From positions 231,012,001-231,076,000 of the forward strand of contig OZ024741.1 of assembly GCA_964016885.1 (NCBI GenBank): DNA of 64,000 nucleotides. Reading direction: 5' to 3'. Below the pieces are notes generated by a model. That model searched no databases. It was not told the DNA's origin and worked only from the letters and a program-made list of their open reading frames with translations. Positions 1-15,879 of the stretch are shown here, one piece after another. The translations under genes and the position numbers were made by a program. How positions within the stretch are numbered: position 1 is the stretch's first letter; the number at the start of each line of letters is the position of its first letter. Source of the stretch: Eledone cirrhosa. Its lineage: Eukaryota.

Positions 1-734
1 GATACATAATACATGCAAACCTATGTGCTAGATGGTTGAGGAAATCAAGAACATATTGCATGAAGGCATAGGAAGTCTATGGGCAAGCTCCAGAAGTATC
101 TGGTCTGGCACTAATAACGAGAAGTGCTAGCAATTTGAGATGAATACTACATGTCATGTGCTGTTGTCATATAAGCCTGTTTGAAGAGATGCACATATTG
201 TGAATAAGTTACCGTGACCGCATTCGTTCTGTCTCTGGCAAACTTCTGTCGCGTGTACAGCATGTCCAGTTATCGACCGAATATTTTACGAACATCGCTG
301 CCCCTCCATTATTTAATTGTGGAGGGCAGTAGTTCTTTGTCTTTTTCTGATGGCGATAACAAATGTGGTCGTGTAGTAAGACCATTGAGAAGAATGGTGT
401 GTGAGATTTTACTCTTTTTAGAGTTTTTAGTTTCATTTGTAAAAGAAAATGCGAGTGAAAGAGGAAAAGTGAGCTGATTTCCTCTGGTAAAGTTTAGAAA
501 ATATATGTGACTCGTGAAAATGGGCTTGTTTATTTGTTCTATGTAATCACATAGGCATTATGAACCTTCGTTTTAATGTGCCCTCATTCTGTCCACATGC
601 GGCAAATAAAAGACGTCATCATCATCATGGTCATCATTATCATCCCCATCATCAATAATTACAAAAGCTGAAGAAGGGAGGTAGGCCTAAAATCCAAACT
701 CGCTCTCTTCAATTCTATTTATTCTCAAACCCTT

Positions 735-1140
735 ACCTATCGTCATGACTCTTAGGGATGACCGAAAGAATACGATCTGGAATACAAGCAACCGGAATGG
801 GTTTCCTCCGAAAGGTCTTTGGAGTAACGTTACTCGATAAAGTACAAAGCTCGGAGATCAAAGAGTCACTTCAGGTAGAGCCGCTACTTCTCTGAATTGA
901 GAGATCACAGCTCCGCATGTGGTTAAAATGTCTCAGCAAAGAATCGCTGGACAGATTTTATGGGCAAAGCCAACTGGCAAAATACTCAAGGGTAGACACG
1001 GAGCAATATATTTGGATAACATACATGAGCTTGGCTGGTCACGCTTTGGGATACAGCCGGATCAGCTTGAGATGGTTGCTTCTGTCAGGAACCGCTTGAA
1101 GGAGTGTTGTAGAACTATGCCCACCCCTACCCTCTTAGGA
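735..1140 (+). mobile_element. RTE-clade LINE 3' fragment (decayed)
   Basis: Translates to EMGFLRKVFGVTLLDKVQSSEIKESLQVEPLLL*IERSQLR, typical of the RTE ORF C-terminus, and is followed by a (GAA)n tract. A homologous copy lies at 56470-57035 (-). Confidence 0.7.
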
Positions 1141-1151
1141 ATGAGCGGGCG

Positions 1152-1265
1152 AAGAAGAAGAAGAAGAAGAAGAAGAAGAAGAAGAAGAAGAAGAAGAAGA
1201 AGAATGATGATGATGAGGAGGAGGAGGAGGAGGAGGAGGGGGGGGGAGGAGGGGGAGGAGGAGGC
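1152..1265. repeat. (GAA)n/(GAT)n/(GGA)n compound microsatellite
   Basis: Directly visible; explains the poly-R/poly-P/poly-S ORFs. Confidence 0.95.
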
Positions 1266-1321
1266 TGAGGTTTAGGATGCGGAGGTGGAGGTGGTGGTGG
1301 TGGTGTTGTGTTTGAATCAGA

Positions 1322-1530
1322 CCGGTGAATTGGTAGTATCGGTAGAACAGCGGACACATTGCTTCCCGTCTTAGAATTACGGCCCTTTAGGCTCTGATTT
1401 CATATCTCGCTGAGGTTAATTTCATTCTGACGGGCGTCGATAAAATATAACACCAGTAACGCACCGGGATCGATTTCATCGAAGTTTCCTTTTCACAAGT
1501 TGTTGGCATAGTGCCTAAATTGAAAAATCA
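1322..1530 (+). mobile_element. tRNA-derived SINE (degenerate copy)
   Basis: Similar to the copies at 59913-60135 and 63061-63282 (ttggcagtatcggtaga...gaggttaa...gtcgataaaa...ccagt). Confidence 0.65.
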
Positions 1531-1629
1531 TTAGTATTGTTGTTGTTGTTGATATTGTCATCTGCAACAAAGGAGATGTTTTTTCTCAATTAAAGATGGA
1601 AATCAAGTAATAGCTATCCACATTTAACA

Positions 1630-2210
1630 CATGATTTGATGATTTTGTGTAGTATCTGAACAGTCCCAACGAATGCTGTTTTATGAAGGTGTTCAACCCT
1701 TAAACTGACTCAAATCTTCCCAATCCACTTAGGAATTTCAGTAAATATACTGCTGAGAGCACCTATAACTATGGGAACATCTTCCTCGTTCTTCATTGTC
1801 CACACCTGGTAAAATTCCTGTTCTATGCTGTAATTATCTTTCAACCTTTCATTTTGTTTTCAAACCACTCTGTTGTGCCCAGGTCACAGAGTATCTATAA
1901 TTATATAGGTTCTCTCTTTCTTGCTTATTTGCTCAATGTCCAGTTTCACGTTGGGAATTTTGTGACCAAAGTGTATCACACCTCATGGTTTTTGGTTTGT
2001 CATTTTCAATCAAACCTTCCGCAAGTTATCCATATCAATTCTCTGCCCTCTCCAGCCTATACTTACTTAAATACCCCAATGCGCTAGTCCGGACATTCAG
2101 TAAACACATAGTGTCGTTTAGACCATACATAGATGGGATTGTTTATATTAAGTTAGATTATCGCATCCACAATTACACACGGTTGCTTACACGGACCATA
2201 AAGTGGTGAT
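1630..2210 (-). mobile_element. RLE-type non-LTR retrotransposon 3' remnant (R4/HERO/NeSL-like)
   Basis: Minus strand encodes VPIVIGALS and EHLHKTAFVGTVQILHKII, matching the typical C-terminus (VPIVIGALG...LQKTALLGTARILRKVL). Confidence 0.55.
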
Positions 2211-2249
2211 CTGCATGCTTGTTCTAGATATAACAAGTAGATGGTTGCC

Positions 2250-3500
2250 TGTTTACGCGAAACTTAAAGCATTCTTCCAGGGGAATAGATCCTACGGAGA
2301 CTGGGTTAGCATATTATCTAAGCGACAGTTAACGGATAATCTTTAACATTAGAATGTTTTGGGCTCTCAAGAAACCGATTAGATTAGAAGAAATACATGT
2401 TACCCAAGTAGCTGAAATAGAAAAAAAACAGATCACAGGTGTAGTTTGTAGTTAACAAAGAAGAGGCGATTTGGAGTAGCATAGCTAACCAGCATGCTAG
2501 CTGTGACAATGACCCATTTCATTTGTACAAAAGACGAACGTAGCATTGTCAGCGCTGTAGGCGCGAATAGACTGGCCAGTCGTTTCCGAAAGACTTACAG
2601 CCGGCGGACTACAAATACTTAATATACATCCCTCGTCTGGTATTTCTAAAAGGGATAATTACGGTTCGAGGCATAATCTAAGGTACAGAATTGCTGTCTG
2701 ACAAGCTTGTCCGAGATAATGGTAGAACGATGAAACTGTTCCGCTTGCTCTCGTCCAAGATCCATGCATTGCTGACTGTTGTCGAACAGCGGTTGTTTCT
2801 TTTATGACAACTATCTGCCGACTTTTTTGTGTTCCCCTGCCATATTTGATCGGGGTGGTCATGCATTTTTCTCTGTCTGCTGGTTATTGCGAAAATGGCT
2901 ATTTTGTGGAAAAGATGAGGGTTGAGATAGAAACGCTGCTCTACAGTATATTTGTTGCAATGTGCGTGAATTTAATGAGAATGGCCCGAGTGAATAGGCT
3001 TATCTAGGCAGATAATAAGAGGGGAGGAGGAGAATTTTCTATGTTGATTTTATTCTTTATCTCTACAAATCTGTATGTAAATATCCACTGATGTTGATCG
3101 TTGTATTTCGTTAGTGGACGACTGGGACAGGATGTTGATTCTACGCTTGGTTGTATTGTGCTACCAACTAAAGGAGGAAGTTGTTAAACTTCATAGACCT
3201 GTAAAACATTTCCAACTATACTGGCTTAATCGTATGTCTGTGAGGACATGATGAAAACGCAAGTGGGCCATCCAGATATAGTAATTTGTAGGCCAGTAGA
3301 TAGGGATAGCATAAGCTGTCCACCTTTCCACGATATAAGACGGTTGAATACACAGATCACAAATTTGGCGTATATACGTTCGACCTTGATAGGATCTTTG
3401 GTCAAGTACTCGTCTACTGGGAACTAAAAGTATAGGTCATGACACGCAAAGCTTACAGAGACTGGATTAGGTAATTAGTCTAATAGGAGTTGTCGTCAAC
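2250..3500 (-). mobile_element. Highly decayed Penelope-like RT remnant
   Basis: Broken minus-strand peptides KFNNF, INISGYLHTDL, FSSSP and SLFTRA resemble PLE RT/thumb motifs. Many stops and frameshifts. Confidence 0.4.
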
Positions 3501-4699
3501 GACAAGTGGTGGCAATTAAAGCATAAACCACAAGATTTAAGAAAGGACTAGATTCTCTACTTCTTCTTCTTCTTCTTTGACCACTTATACCTGGGAACTT
3601 TCGGCGGGCTGATTCTTCAGATAGGTGATCCAGTGAGAACAATAGAGTTCAAAGAATTTATCATACCATTTTGTTCATGTTTTACTTCTGGGTCTTCCGT
3701 CGGTTGGCTTTACCCGTAAAATCTGTTCATCCATTCATTCCTTATATATTCCATCCACATGTCCGTTGTACCAGATATGTCTGGACGGACAGCCTAGTCT
3801 CCCAGCTACTAACCCTATCGAATAACGTTACTCCAATTGTTAGACCAATTGTAGAGATATTATTTCAGTAATTTGTATCCGGGCTAGTAATCTTCCGGCT
3901 ATTATCCAATTTCATTACTATAATCAAGTGTAGCTATGAACAACGAGTTGAAGATAGGCTATTAGGCTTTTATACCTACCCCTCTACTAATGATGGTGGA
4001 GTGCTTAACTTGGGCATTACTGCATTTAATTCGGTTTCCCCTCATTTAACACTGGTGGAAACGGCCTCGAGTTACTTGAACATCACCAGTGGCAAACTAC
4101 ATTTACATGCAGAATGCACTACGCATGTTTTTCTTTTCTTTTTATTTTTTTAGAGGACAACTGTGTCAATCTTAGCCCTATTTATCCGAACACTAATACT
4201 AGGGCCTTCATAAAAGGGAGTTCAATCAACAAGTATCTGTGTATCGTTACCATACTTCTGCAGTTCCTTCCATAACATGTCCCTTAGAACGCGGCCGTAA
4301 GCTAAAGGACAAGTGATAGAAAAATATAAAAAGAGGGAGTATCATTTACGACACTACTAAAGGCATTGAGGCAGACACTGCAACCGACGCACTCTTCAGG
4401 TTAACAGAGCTAACACACGTCCAACGTACCTGAATAGGAGAAGCCCAACGTGGTGAAAAAGCTACATTCTGGTATATGGCTGTCAACAACTAACGCGTGC
4501 TACTCTGCTCCAAACATATGTGTACGTTTTTGCAGCGTCAATTGACTCAGCTGTTCAAGATGGGAGGTGGACCAGTTCAGAGGATGTGCTTTATTACATA
4601 CCTCAATGGCCTGCCACCACTCTTGACAATGGAGTCGCACTACTGCGGAAGATCAATAACAGATCCACGAAAATGGGAGAGAATAGCTGGCTGTACAAC

Positions 4700-5950
4700 G
4701 GGAAAAACGTCAGATGTTGGTGTTCTATGCCTCAGGTGTTACATTTAAATGCTCTATTTGTACGGCGATATTTATATCAATGGACGTCTACAACAAAAAG
4801 CAGTAGAATGTGCGATTTCAGAATGTCAGCCAAGATGTTATCAATAGGTTTGTTGTCATGTCACCAATAAGTTTATTGACTGATTGGAGGGAGGCAGGCA
4901 TGCGCCAACCACAAGATTTCTGTCACGGCATGCGATACTTTATACCATGTAATAATAATAAAGTAACTCTGCAACAGCGGCGCCGTGATTAACTTGTATC
5001 AATCTAAAGCTTTAGACAGATCTACCATCATAATTGTTAGGTATCTTTAGGGCTGCCAGTTTTGGCCCTATCTTCAGAGGATAGTTTTCTTCAATATTCA
5101 GCGATATCTTCCCGGTGGTTATTCTGAATTGCCATATATCGGAATTGTTCGATATCATGCATTCGGACATCCAAGAATGTTCCCTTTCATCTCCCCTATA
5201 CGCTCATTCCAGAGCAATTAATGCGAAATTTAAAAAATACAGAGGTGCAACTCACATGATCTAGAATCCCAGGGAAACGTATCGGCACATTCGGATTACG
5301 TCACGGCAGTGATGTGAACAAATGTTAATCAGCAAAAACTATAGGTGTACGGCTTGCACTATGAGAGGCCACTCATTTTCATCAAACAACTTCGTCAGGC
5401 ACAGGACGAGTGGGAATGTGAAGTTGCCCAGAGTCTGGTTCGGAGAACAAAACCTAGTAACGAAGCACGCATCGTGCTATTGGAAACTATAACTAGAATT
5501 TCGGGAGTGGGTGGTGAAATCGTATATCACCTCCACTATCGACTACTACATGGACGTCATGAATTGCCTTTATTCAAATCTTAACATACTGGTCTCACGC
5601 CCTTTATAATTTAAGTTCAAATGATTTGGCACTCTATCTTGTGTAGAAACCGTTTTCTGGAAAGTTGGGTATATTGTGGCTGACATTGAGCAGACATGCG
5701 CTAAGGCTACATCTCGAACGTTTCCTTAACCGTGAGCAGGCGGAGTTGGTGTTCGCCAGATTGTTGATTCACGCAGCTACAGTTATGAGTGAACCAAAGA
5801 TTGTGAGGGAGCGCTTGTCAACTTGACACCTTGTAGTGTTCACAGACGTCTAACACTTGAGCACTAGACTCGGTGGAAATCCACTTGACAATTCCACAGA
5901 AGATCAGATACGCGGGAAGATACAATGTTTCTGGATAACACTAAGCGTCG
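4700..5950 (+). mobile_element. Decayed L1/Tx1-like LINE RT remnant
   Basis: caatctaaagctttagacaga (QSKA.DR) and ttttggccctatcttcagagg (FGPIFRG) resemble the element at 15880-17700. Confidence 0.45.
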
Positions 5951-8759
5951 AATATAATCGACTACTCACCGATGGATAAATTCTAGAAATTCGTGATCTA
6001 ATAGAGCTTCTGATGATATTGACGGTTTGACATAAGCTCTACAAGCTCGGAAGTACCGTCAGTTGAGGGTGAAATAAAGCTTCATGAATGTACTCATTCA
6101 AAGGTTCAGTGTTGCTGATCGGTGTTGCTATGTCGAACAGATGGATCTGGCTACCACCTGAGTTCATAATAAATATAGCCTCGCCAGCCTGGACCAGCAG
6201 GTGGTGTTCATGCAGCTGTTAGTCCTTTAGAAAGAGATTTTATCGGGGAGGTGGTTGAAAATTGTGGAGACGGCCTTTGCTCTTCGGCGAGTTCCTTATT
6301 AACTCTTTCAAATTTTATATGGAGTAAAACAAATCAGTAGATGGAAGGAAGTGATGCCTACCAGGAAGTTTGTGAAAGGTGAATAGAGGGGGTGGGGGGC
6401 ATATGAATGATCCACCGCGCGGGTAATCTTTCCATTATGTCTCCTCCCTGTCGGGAAATGTGCGTTTTTTTGTTTCCAATTAAAAAGTTATTATTATTAT
6501 ATTTTAAAATCACATAGTCTATGGACCCTTGACGCCTTTCATATTTTCTCCATGGAAACACTTTGTAGGTAACATAGAAATCATTTTGATTTTCATTGAC
6601 AAAACACAAAATAATGTATCTTCTGCGTCAGTAAATAAATTTGGCTCACATTCATTAAATTACAGTAATTCATAGTAAGTATACTCTATGTCCCTGACTG
6701 TGAACAAATGAGTTAGGTATTGGAGGGAAAAATACGAAAGTGCTCCAGGTGTGGTAAAACAAAACACCTTAGGATATTTTGACTTATGCAAAGTGAGAGA
6801 AAATTAAAACGAATGTCAAATTCATTGCTTCCTACTCCACAACCCCACCAGTAATATAAAAATATAGTACTTTTCTCGTACATACACAGAGGAGGCGGGG
6901 CGTCCTTTTTTTACGATAAATTAATTTGGCAACTTCTCCAGAAGCCACACAGAAATACACCTCCTCCATATTCAATAAAACCAGAAGAATAGAGAATGTC
7001 ACAATAGGAATCCGAATGACAATGGTAGTGGAGCAGCGGGTGGTGACAGGAAAGCTGTGTATAGAAAGCAGCGCTTCAACATTAGAATTAAAATAAAAAT
7101 AGCACTAAAACAAACAGCGCACAAAGCCTCCCCAAACAACCTCATCAATGACGGCTTCACCAACTACAATTACAAGAGATCTAGAAAATTACGAGTGTAA
7201 AAACAACAAAGAAGATTACAGCAGTCGTGAAGCAGGAAGATAAAACAAAACTCACCTGCAAGCCACGACCACAACAAAAGGAACTAGAAAAAATTAACAA
7301 GACCTTCGTCATCAATTCCGAATATAAACGTTAGATTTGATGGAATTTGTACAATACCTCAAATACAATATTATTTCTTCCGGTGTGGGACTGGCCGGGA
7401 CAACGTTCTTCAGAGCCCAATGGGGGGGGGGGGGGGGGATTTATTGAGGACTATATTTGAAATGTATAGATCTTTCAGAAAATGTTGTCCATAAAACGTA
7501 GGAACCCTAAAATCACTATAATCAAGAGAGTTATACGGCCACTAAGAACAAAGCGATTAGCCATGTCATTATCCTCCTTTATTTCTCCCATCCTGCTCCT
7601 TAATGGTCTTAGGCATCATAATTGCACGGGGAATGGGGTCGGCACAGAAACAGAGATGTCGGCCCAACGACCCTAGTTCATCACGCTTGGATGTGGACCA
7701 CCAATGCGTAGTCGCCTACCTTCTTTCTCAATGATTAAAAATGTAGGCATCTTCCTGGACGTGAGAATAGCGACTGAAGTGATTTTAAACTGGTGACAAG
7801 CTACGCCTCAGCACTAGCAGTGTGATCACTGATTCAGAGTCTTAGTGACAACCCCAAATCATGTAACTCATCAGTAATAGAGGGTGATATATACGGCATT
7901 TTGAACGCACAGATTCTGTAAAAATAAACGTTAGAAGTACTGCATGCAAAATCCTCGCTAACCTATTCAGTTTTTTTCAATTGTCTGACAGGTTTCGTTG
8001 CGATTTTTCAGAGGGAGCATTATGAGCTTGTCAAATAGCAGTGACTCCTGTAGAACTTATCTAGAATGTTCTTCAGGTTTCAGTTAGAAATAGTGTAAGT
8101 TACAAGATTTTATAATCGCCTCCGCATATTATAAATTAGTAATTTGTGCCGTCAAATTAAAATAGACCTTGTGTCAGGGAGGCTTTTGCTGTAGCTAAAC
8201 GCCTCTTTCACAGCACAGACAGATTTAAAATTCTAATGACCGAACTAGTTAGCAAAGCATCGAAGGCGGTTGTTATAATCAACAATAAGGGGTGGGTTTC
8301 AATGAAAAGATAAAAATAAAATTTACATCAGTTATTTTTATAAAAAATAGCCAAAAATAGGCTTACCGTATACGTTCGCGATCTATGTACATATCTCTTT
8401 CTTGAACTGTTCATTTACAACTCATTTTTCCACCAGAAAAATGCTCAAAGGTTTTCTAGAAATATCGAAACATGGGCATATTCTTGATTATTCAATCTGC
8501 CGTAAACGAGATTTCAGGTTGTTTCACTGTCTGTGTTATGTGTTGGACAGACACTCATCTTCTCTGTGGCAAAAGTAATCCAGAGCATTGTAAGAATTTA
8601 TAAGGCTCTCAATCCACGTGTATTATACCACTCAGGTCTAAGGTCGAGTTGTGTCTATTTCAAAGATACGGAAATTATATTGAACACTGGAGCGAGCAAT
8701 GTACGTATTATTTTTTAATCCCTCGGAGTTCAGCGCAGCTAACTTTAATCACTTCCCTC

Positions 8760-9460
8760 AATTAGTTATAATCCATGAAATGTCAGAACATCCTAATCTG
8801 GCAGATATCCAACAGACTGCAGAGAAGATTAATACTTGGAAGGCATCGGATCTTGATAGTATTCTGTCGAAATATTGCTTCCTAGACGTTACAAAATTGC
8901 GTGACAAAATTGCTGATCATCGGAGGCGTACGCCTGTTTCACAACTCTGGATGCATGCGATACTTGTTTCCTTCTTCAAATGGAATAAGTCTTCTTGGAG
9001 CAGTGGGTACAGTTTTTGCAAACATCACTTTAATAGGCTTACCAAATGGATTTTCCCTTGAGTGATTAAGTAGACACAATCTAGCTTTAGATCAGGAAGT
9101 GGCACAATGGACATGATCGTTCCGGAGCACCAGCTGCAGGAGAAATCTTTAGAACATCATGTGACTTTGCACCAGTTTCAGGTTACCTCACCCAGCTTTT
9201 GACTCTGCGAACACCGATGATCTGTGGTCGATTCTTGGTAAGATGGAATGCTCTCTGGATTTCGTGAGATTGTTCAAATAAGTACATCGACGTATAAAAA
9301 GGAGGGCTTACTCTACATGTTATCTACCTGAACCCGTAGCCATTGACATTAGAGTTAAGCAAAGAGAGACTCCATCACCGATTGTGTTCTCTATGTTCTT
9401 TTCCCAGAAAATCACGTATGCATTTCAGAATTGTGATGACTGCATGTATCTACGTTTCAG
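8760..9460 (+). mobile_element. Decayed RTE-clade RT fragment
   Basis: Broken peptides KASDLDSI, QLWMHAILVSFFKWNKSS, QSSFRSGSGTMDMI, QLQEKSLEH and AFDSANTDDLWSILGK follow RTE RT motif order. Confidence 0.55.
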
Positions 9461-9841
9461 GACCAGAGAAGGGTGGAGAATTTACAGAATATTCTATTTT
9501 GACAATGTAATTTGTCGTGAGTTAAAAAAAGGTTTTCACCATATTTGAATTCGATTTTTTCCGTTAGATTATTGGGATTAGCGATTTCACATGTCAATGA
9601 AACAAGTAAATGGTTAAAACAAATCCTATTGTACAATGTATGGCAAATCTGTGTAACTCTTTATATATTAGTTACTCTACCATGGACTGTTGATTACCGA
9701 ATCCTCCAAGGATCACCTTACGATCCTCCTCCTGAAGTATCCCTTTTGTTGAGTGAAAAACCATTGTATGATGTGTCAGTCTCCGATAAACGTTACTCTA
9801 CCGCTTAAACTAGAGCAACAGAAAACGACAACTCGTATACC

Positions 9842-11110
<1,269 letters not shown>

Positions 11111-12057
11111 GAGTCTTAATTTCACAACAAATTAATGGGTTAAAAATCTGCTTACTCGAGTACGGCTTGCTAATTTATTGTGGAACTAACTCCATATCGA
11201 GCACTTTCTCTGGACGGAGTGTTGTAATTACAACGGACATAATCTGTATAATTTTTTACCACTCTATGTATATATATTCTCTTTGCTCAGGTCCACTTAA
11301 CTATTCTTCGCCGCCGACACAAATAATGATATTGCTCCTGTCCATCTGCTTTTTGCTTGCGATTGTGGTATCATTCCTTTATTTGTAGGTGATCGTTTTT
11401 CTTTTATCATTATTAATTTTGTATCTAATACTTGAAGTCTGAGGTTTAGCTAAATAGACAATAATATTTGTTTGATATATTTGGATATGAGTGCAATGGA
11501 CCTCGGTAGATTTCAGTCGTGAGTATTCAAATTATTTGGTGACTAAAACGACCTAATTCTTAAGAACTATTGAAATCAATTTCATTGATAAGCCTTAATT
11601 GCAGCCAAAGGTTATGTTAACAAACACTAGTACATAATAACATGCAGTGGGACCGATATCGGGGCGGCATGACGGTGAATTAATATTTGCAGCAATTCGT
11701 CCATGCTGCGCTCATTGACCCATACACTTAACTTGAATTCCTAAGTCATAAAATTAGAACGATATATATATATATAGGAACACATATTTTCCCCTTTACG
11801 TTGCTTGATGAAAATTAATTACCACTTATATTGATATTAAATAAAATAATTGCCATGTTATTGCAATAAATATTGGACTAAGGAATTTTGTTAGCTTTAT
11901 TTACTTGACACCGTCTCATTATTTGTCTTGATGTTGAAACGATAACAAAAATATTTGCCTCGAAGATATTTGAACACAGAGACACCAATCAAAATACTAT
12001 TAACTTTAAATGATCTAATTATGTAAGAAGATGAACAATTGTTAATATAGTTAGAAA

Positions 12058-12409
12058 CTAGCAGAATAAATGGCCCGGCGTTGCTCGGGATTTGATCCAG
12101 CGTTCTTATATATTTGATATGTATTTATCCTGATCGAGCTTCGTCAAATAAATACGTTTGTTTATATTTTGTTATTGTGTATGCAAAAATATATGTACAC
12201 GAATATATTATTATATATATATTAAAATAACAGATTAAAGTTTAAGCAAAGAATCGCTGCTTTCACCCTTAACGGGATCTTCTGAAACTAAAAAAATCAA
12301 TCTGTGAACGCAGAAGTAAATATTTTAAAAAACGTTACACAATACACACACACATATAGCGTCATAATGCAGACACACATACAGACATTCTCTGTTTTAG
12401 ATATAGAGA
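12058..12409 (-). mobile_element. Non-autonomous Helitron (~350 bp)
   Basis: Minus strand starts A|TCTCTATATCTAAAAC and ends with the hairpin CCCGAGCAACGCCGGG plus CTAG|T, i.e. inserted between A and T. The internal part recurs at 63895-64000 and the same 3' hairpin recurs at 55179-55207. Confidence 0.8.
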
Positions 12410-13158
12410 TGTCAGTGGTGTGAATGTGTTCGAGTTTAACAGCACTGTATATATATATATATATATATATATATGTTCTGTAGGCGTATTGCTTATGATA
12501 AATATTTCTTACGTAGATAACCTCAAATAAACTAACATGACATATTTATTAAGAGATGTAATCGATGTGACTATACGAATGTTAAATAATCTACCGACGA
12601 CGTAGTTGCGACGAAAACCAAAATCCTGTCGCAGCGTAAGAGATAAAAGTAAGCGAGATAAGTTTCTATTGCGTTACACTGGTTGTTAGTAAAATATTTA
12701 CATGATGTTTCAGGAATAAAAAATGAGATCAGAAATCAGAAACTCCATCAAGATACTCTGGGAATACCGGGAAGTAGACGCATTGAAGGTACTCCGCAAG
12801 ATACGCGTGCGTTGCTTTTTAGTGACTTCTCATTTTTTATATTTGTTTTGTTTTTTTTGTGACAGGATGATAGTCTCGAAAACCAAATAAATAATTGTTT
12901 AATCTCTGTTATGGTGCATTTTATACGTTTTCTATGATTTCGCAAAATGAATGTCAATTAATAAACATTGTTGATAATAAAGACACCACCCTATGGAATT
13001 GAGTCAGGTCGGCATTATATTGTGGAACAATAGATTTACTGCCATATATTGGCACTATTTTGTGGTATGAGACACAATATTGCATACCCCCCCCCCCACA
13101 CACACACATACGCGCACATAATTATGAATATACAAATAAACATATGTATCGTTATATC

Positions 13159-15455
13159 CTAGCGGGGGCACCTGTCATTGCCTTATACATTATTCCTTAT
13201 ATATTAAATGAAAAATGCAAAATATGTTGCATAGAAATTTGTTATTATAAATTCAATTTATACTTCAATTGGGATAAATGAAATCAATTCATAATTCATA
13301 ATACAAAAAAAAAAAAAAAAAAAAGAATAAATAAAAAATAAAATAACGAAATTTACCACGTTTATAAAGTGAGATAAATTATATCACATATGTTGAAGGA
13401 AATTACGCAACAGTTTCTGGGTAAACATCATTCTTTGTTTTCTGGTTTGGAGTATAAAGAAATGAGTCTTTTAATATACCCACCCTGGAGCAACCAACAT
13501 AATGTTGAACAAGAGAAAAGCAGGGCTCAATTAAGTGCAAACAAGTAAATTTCAAAGTCTGACCTTGCGCTTTATTGATAGACATTGGGAATTGTGTTCG
13601 TTTGAACTTAAATGGAATGTCTGATGGTTTCATTGGAATTCTTGAAACGAAAACATCTTCATGGGGGAGTTCCAGGTGACACAGGAGAATTAACGAAGTC
13701 TGTTAGATAGTGGGCAGCTTCATTTTCATCGAGGTCTGAATCAGCTCATTTTTACTCCTTAATAACTGTTGGAATCTTATTAATTAGTTTATGATTAATC
13801 TTTGCTACTGTCTCATTTTTGTTTTAGCAAGAATTGCACTTTCACACAACTTAAGTCTGGAAATACCCTGTTCTTCAATTCAGCTGGAGGAATTGAACAT
13901 GAAAGCAATACGAACAAAATTGATATCAGAACCCCATCAACTGGTACTTTCCAAATTCCTAATTGCAGGACTCGTGTTGAAAACTGTTCTGCACGTTGAC
14001 CGCCATTTAATAAAGCTCGCATGTTAGTATTGAAGGAGAATTTCTGTACTTTATTCCATAGGTACGAAGACAAAATGAATATTTTTATTTCATCAGCTCT
14101 TGTACCTCTGGGAATAATTGGTAATATCTGGCTGAAGTTTCCTGATAAAACGAATATAATTAAATAAATAGATTTATTGTTGGCTCTTATGTCCTGTAAG
14201 AACATACCAAGAGCTTCCATTGCACCTCTGTGTCACATTCGCTATTCAGCCCAAATGACCAGGTGGCATTGGCGCAATACTTCTGTTACAACTTGGTCTG
14301 TTATTTGTGAATAGGTTTAGCGGTAATTTAAAAGCAGGATGAGCTGTTTGTCATCCTCGCAGAATTGGGGCAGCAATGCCAGATAATACAACTGCAACTG
14401 TAATTCTTTTTGTTGACTTACCACGAAGAGGAGAAATGTTGATACAAATGTTTCACCTGTGCCATCTGGAGCATCAAGAAATAAACCCTACCTCCCGCTT
14501 TTTTCTCTGACTGATGAACCACGTACGGACCACCTTTTTTCTCCCGCTTTTTTCTCTGACTGATGAACCAAGTACGGACCACGTACTTCACGGAAAAGGA
14601 GCCGTACGTAGTAGCATTCTGCTTGGCTTGAGTGGACACTAGCAAGAGCGTCAGCCCCACATTTCCTCTTCTGCCATTTATTGTTTCTCCAGTTGTAATA
14701 CTTTGGTAATTCTAGGTAAAAGGCGTGCATGTACACACACGCACCCATATTAATCATAGGAACAGCGTTATTCTGGAAGAAGTTTAGGTTCAGGTTTATT
14801 CACAAATGCAGCCAAATCTGTGATGTCATAATGTGTCTCTCTTATTATGTCTCTTGAAATTAAACCACTAATTTGACGGTTTGCTTTTAGCAGTCCAGAG
14901 ACAGACTCTTGTAATTTTTTGCCTCCCATGGCCAAAGCGTGATATTCAATCTCAATCAGTGCTTGGCAGAACATTTTTTCAGAAAATTGGATAATGATAC
15001 CTGGGTTTGCCTGTTGAACTGCAGACTTTAAGTCCACAGCTATGTCCTCACGATGTTTCATCCAAATCTTCAGGGGATTGCCAAGTTAACACATGTTCAT
15101 TATAATTTCAAAAGGCTTACGGAGTTTCCTTGGAGAATTTGATACTGATGCTTCAGTTAATGCAAGTTTCAATGCTCATCATTTTCTAAAAAAAAACTTG
15201 TGGATAGTATGCATCACCCACATAGTATGTTTCACCCACATAACCATTTACCCCACCCCGAAATGCTGGAATGATTTCGGACCACGTACTTCACGCAAAA
15301 GGAGCCGTACGTAGTAGCATTCTGTTTGGCTTGAGTGGACACTAGCAAGAGCGTCAGCCCCACATTTCCTCTTCTGCCATTTATTGTTTCTCCAGTTGTA
15401 ATACTTTGGTAATTCTAGGTAAAAGGCGTGCACTTACACACACGCACCCATATTA
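13159..15455 (-). mobile_element. Decayed autonomous Helitron (RepHel, PIF1-like helicase fragments)
   Basis: Peptides PFKFKRTQFP..SINKAQGQTL..EPCFS..YVGCSRVG, GNFSQILPIIPRGTRADEI and YYVRLLLREVRGPKSFQ. Internal duplication 14570-14750 / 15278-15455. Putative CTAG end near 13159. Confidence 0.85.
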
Positions 15456-15742
15456 ATATTTATTGCTTTCTTTTCCTTCTTATTTCTACAAACATCTCAC
15501 ACCCATGTATCTACGCTGACACATATACATACAGTATCAAACATACATCGTCTCTCTCTCTCTTTCTCTCTCTCTCTCTATCTCGCTCTCTCTCCCTCTC
15601 CCGTTGTCCCCATCTTTTTCCACTTCTATAGCATCTTGTTCTCTATCGGTGTTTCTTTCTCTCTTCTCTCTTTTTCTTATTCTGTGTTTCTCCCACTCAC
15701 ACATTTTCTCTCTCAACCTCTGTAAAACTTCCTCTCATTTAG

Positions 15743-15814
<72 letters not shown>

Positions 15815-15879
15815 ACGGGTACCCTGATCTCTGGGGTAGGTGCCCTGCCCCATTTGATTTCCTCCCGAAAAGAGTGAAT

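Noticed and set aside
14490-14590. Short direct repeats containing CTGATGA
   Set aside because: Local tandem duplication within a Helitron remnant; no spacers or ribozyme fold, not CRISPR.
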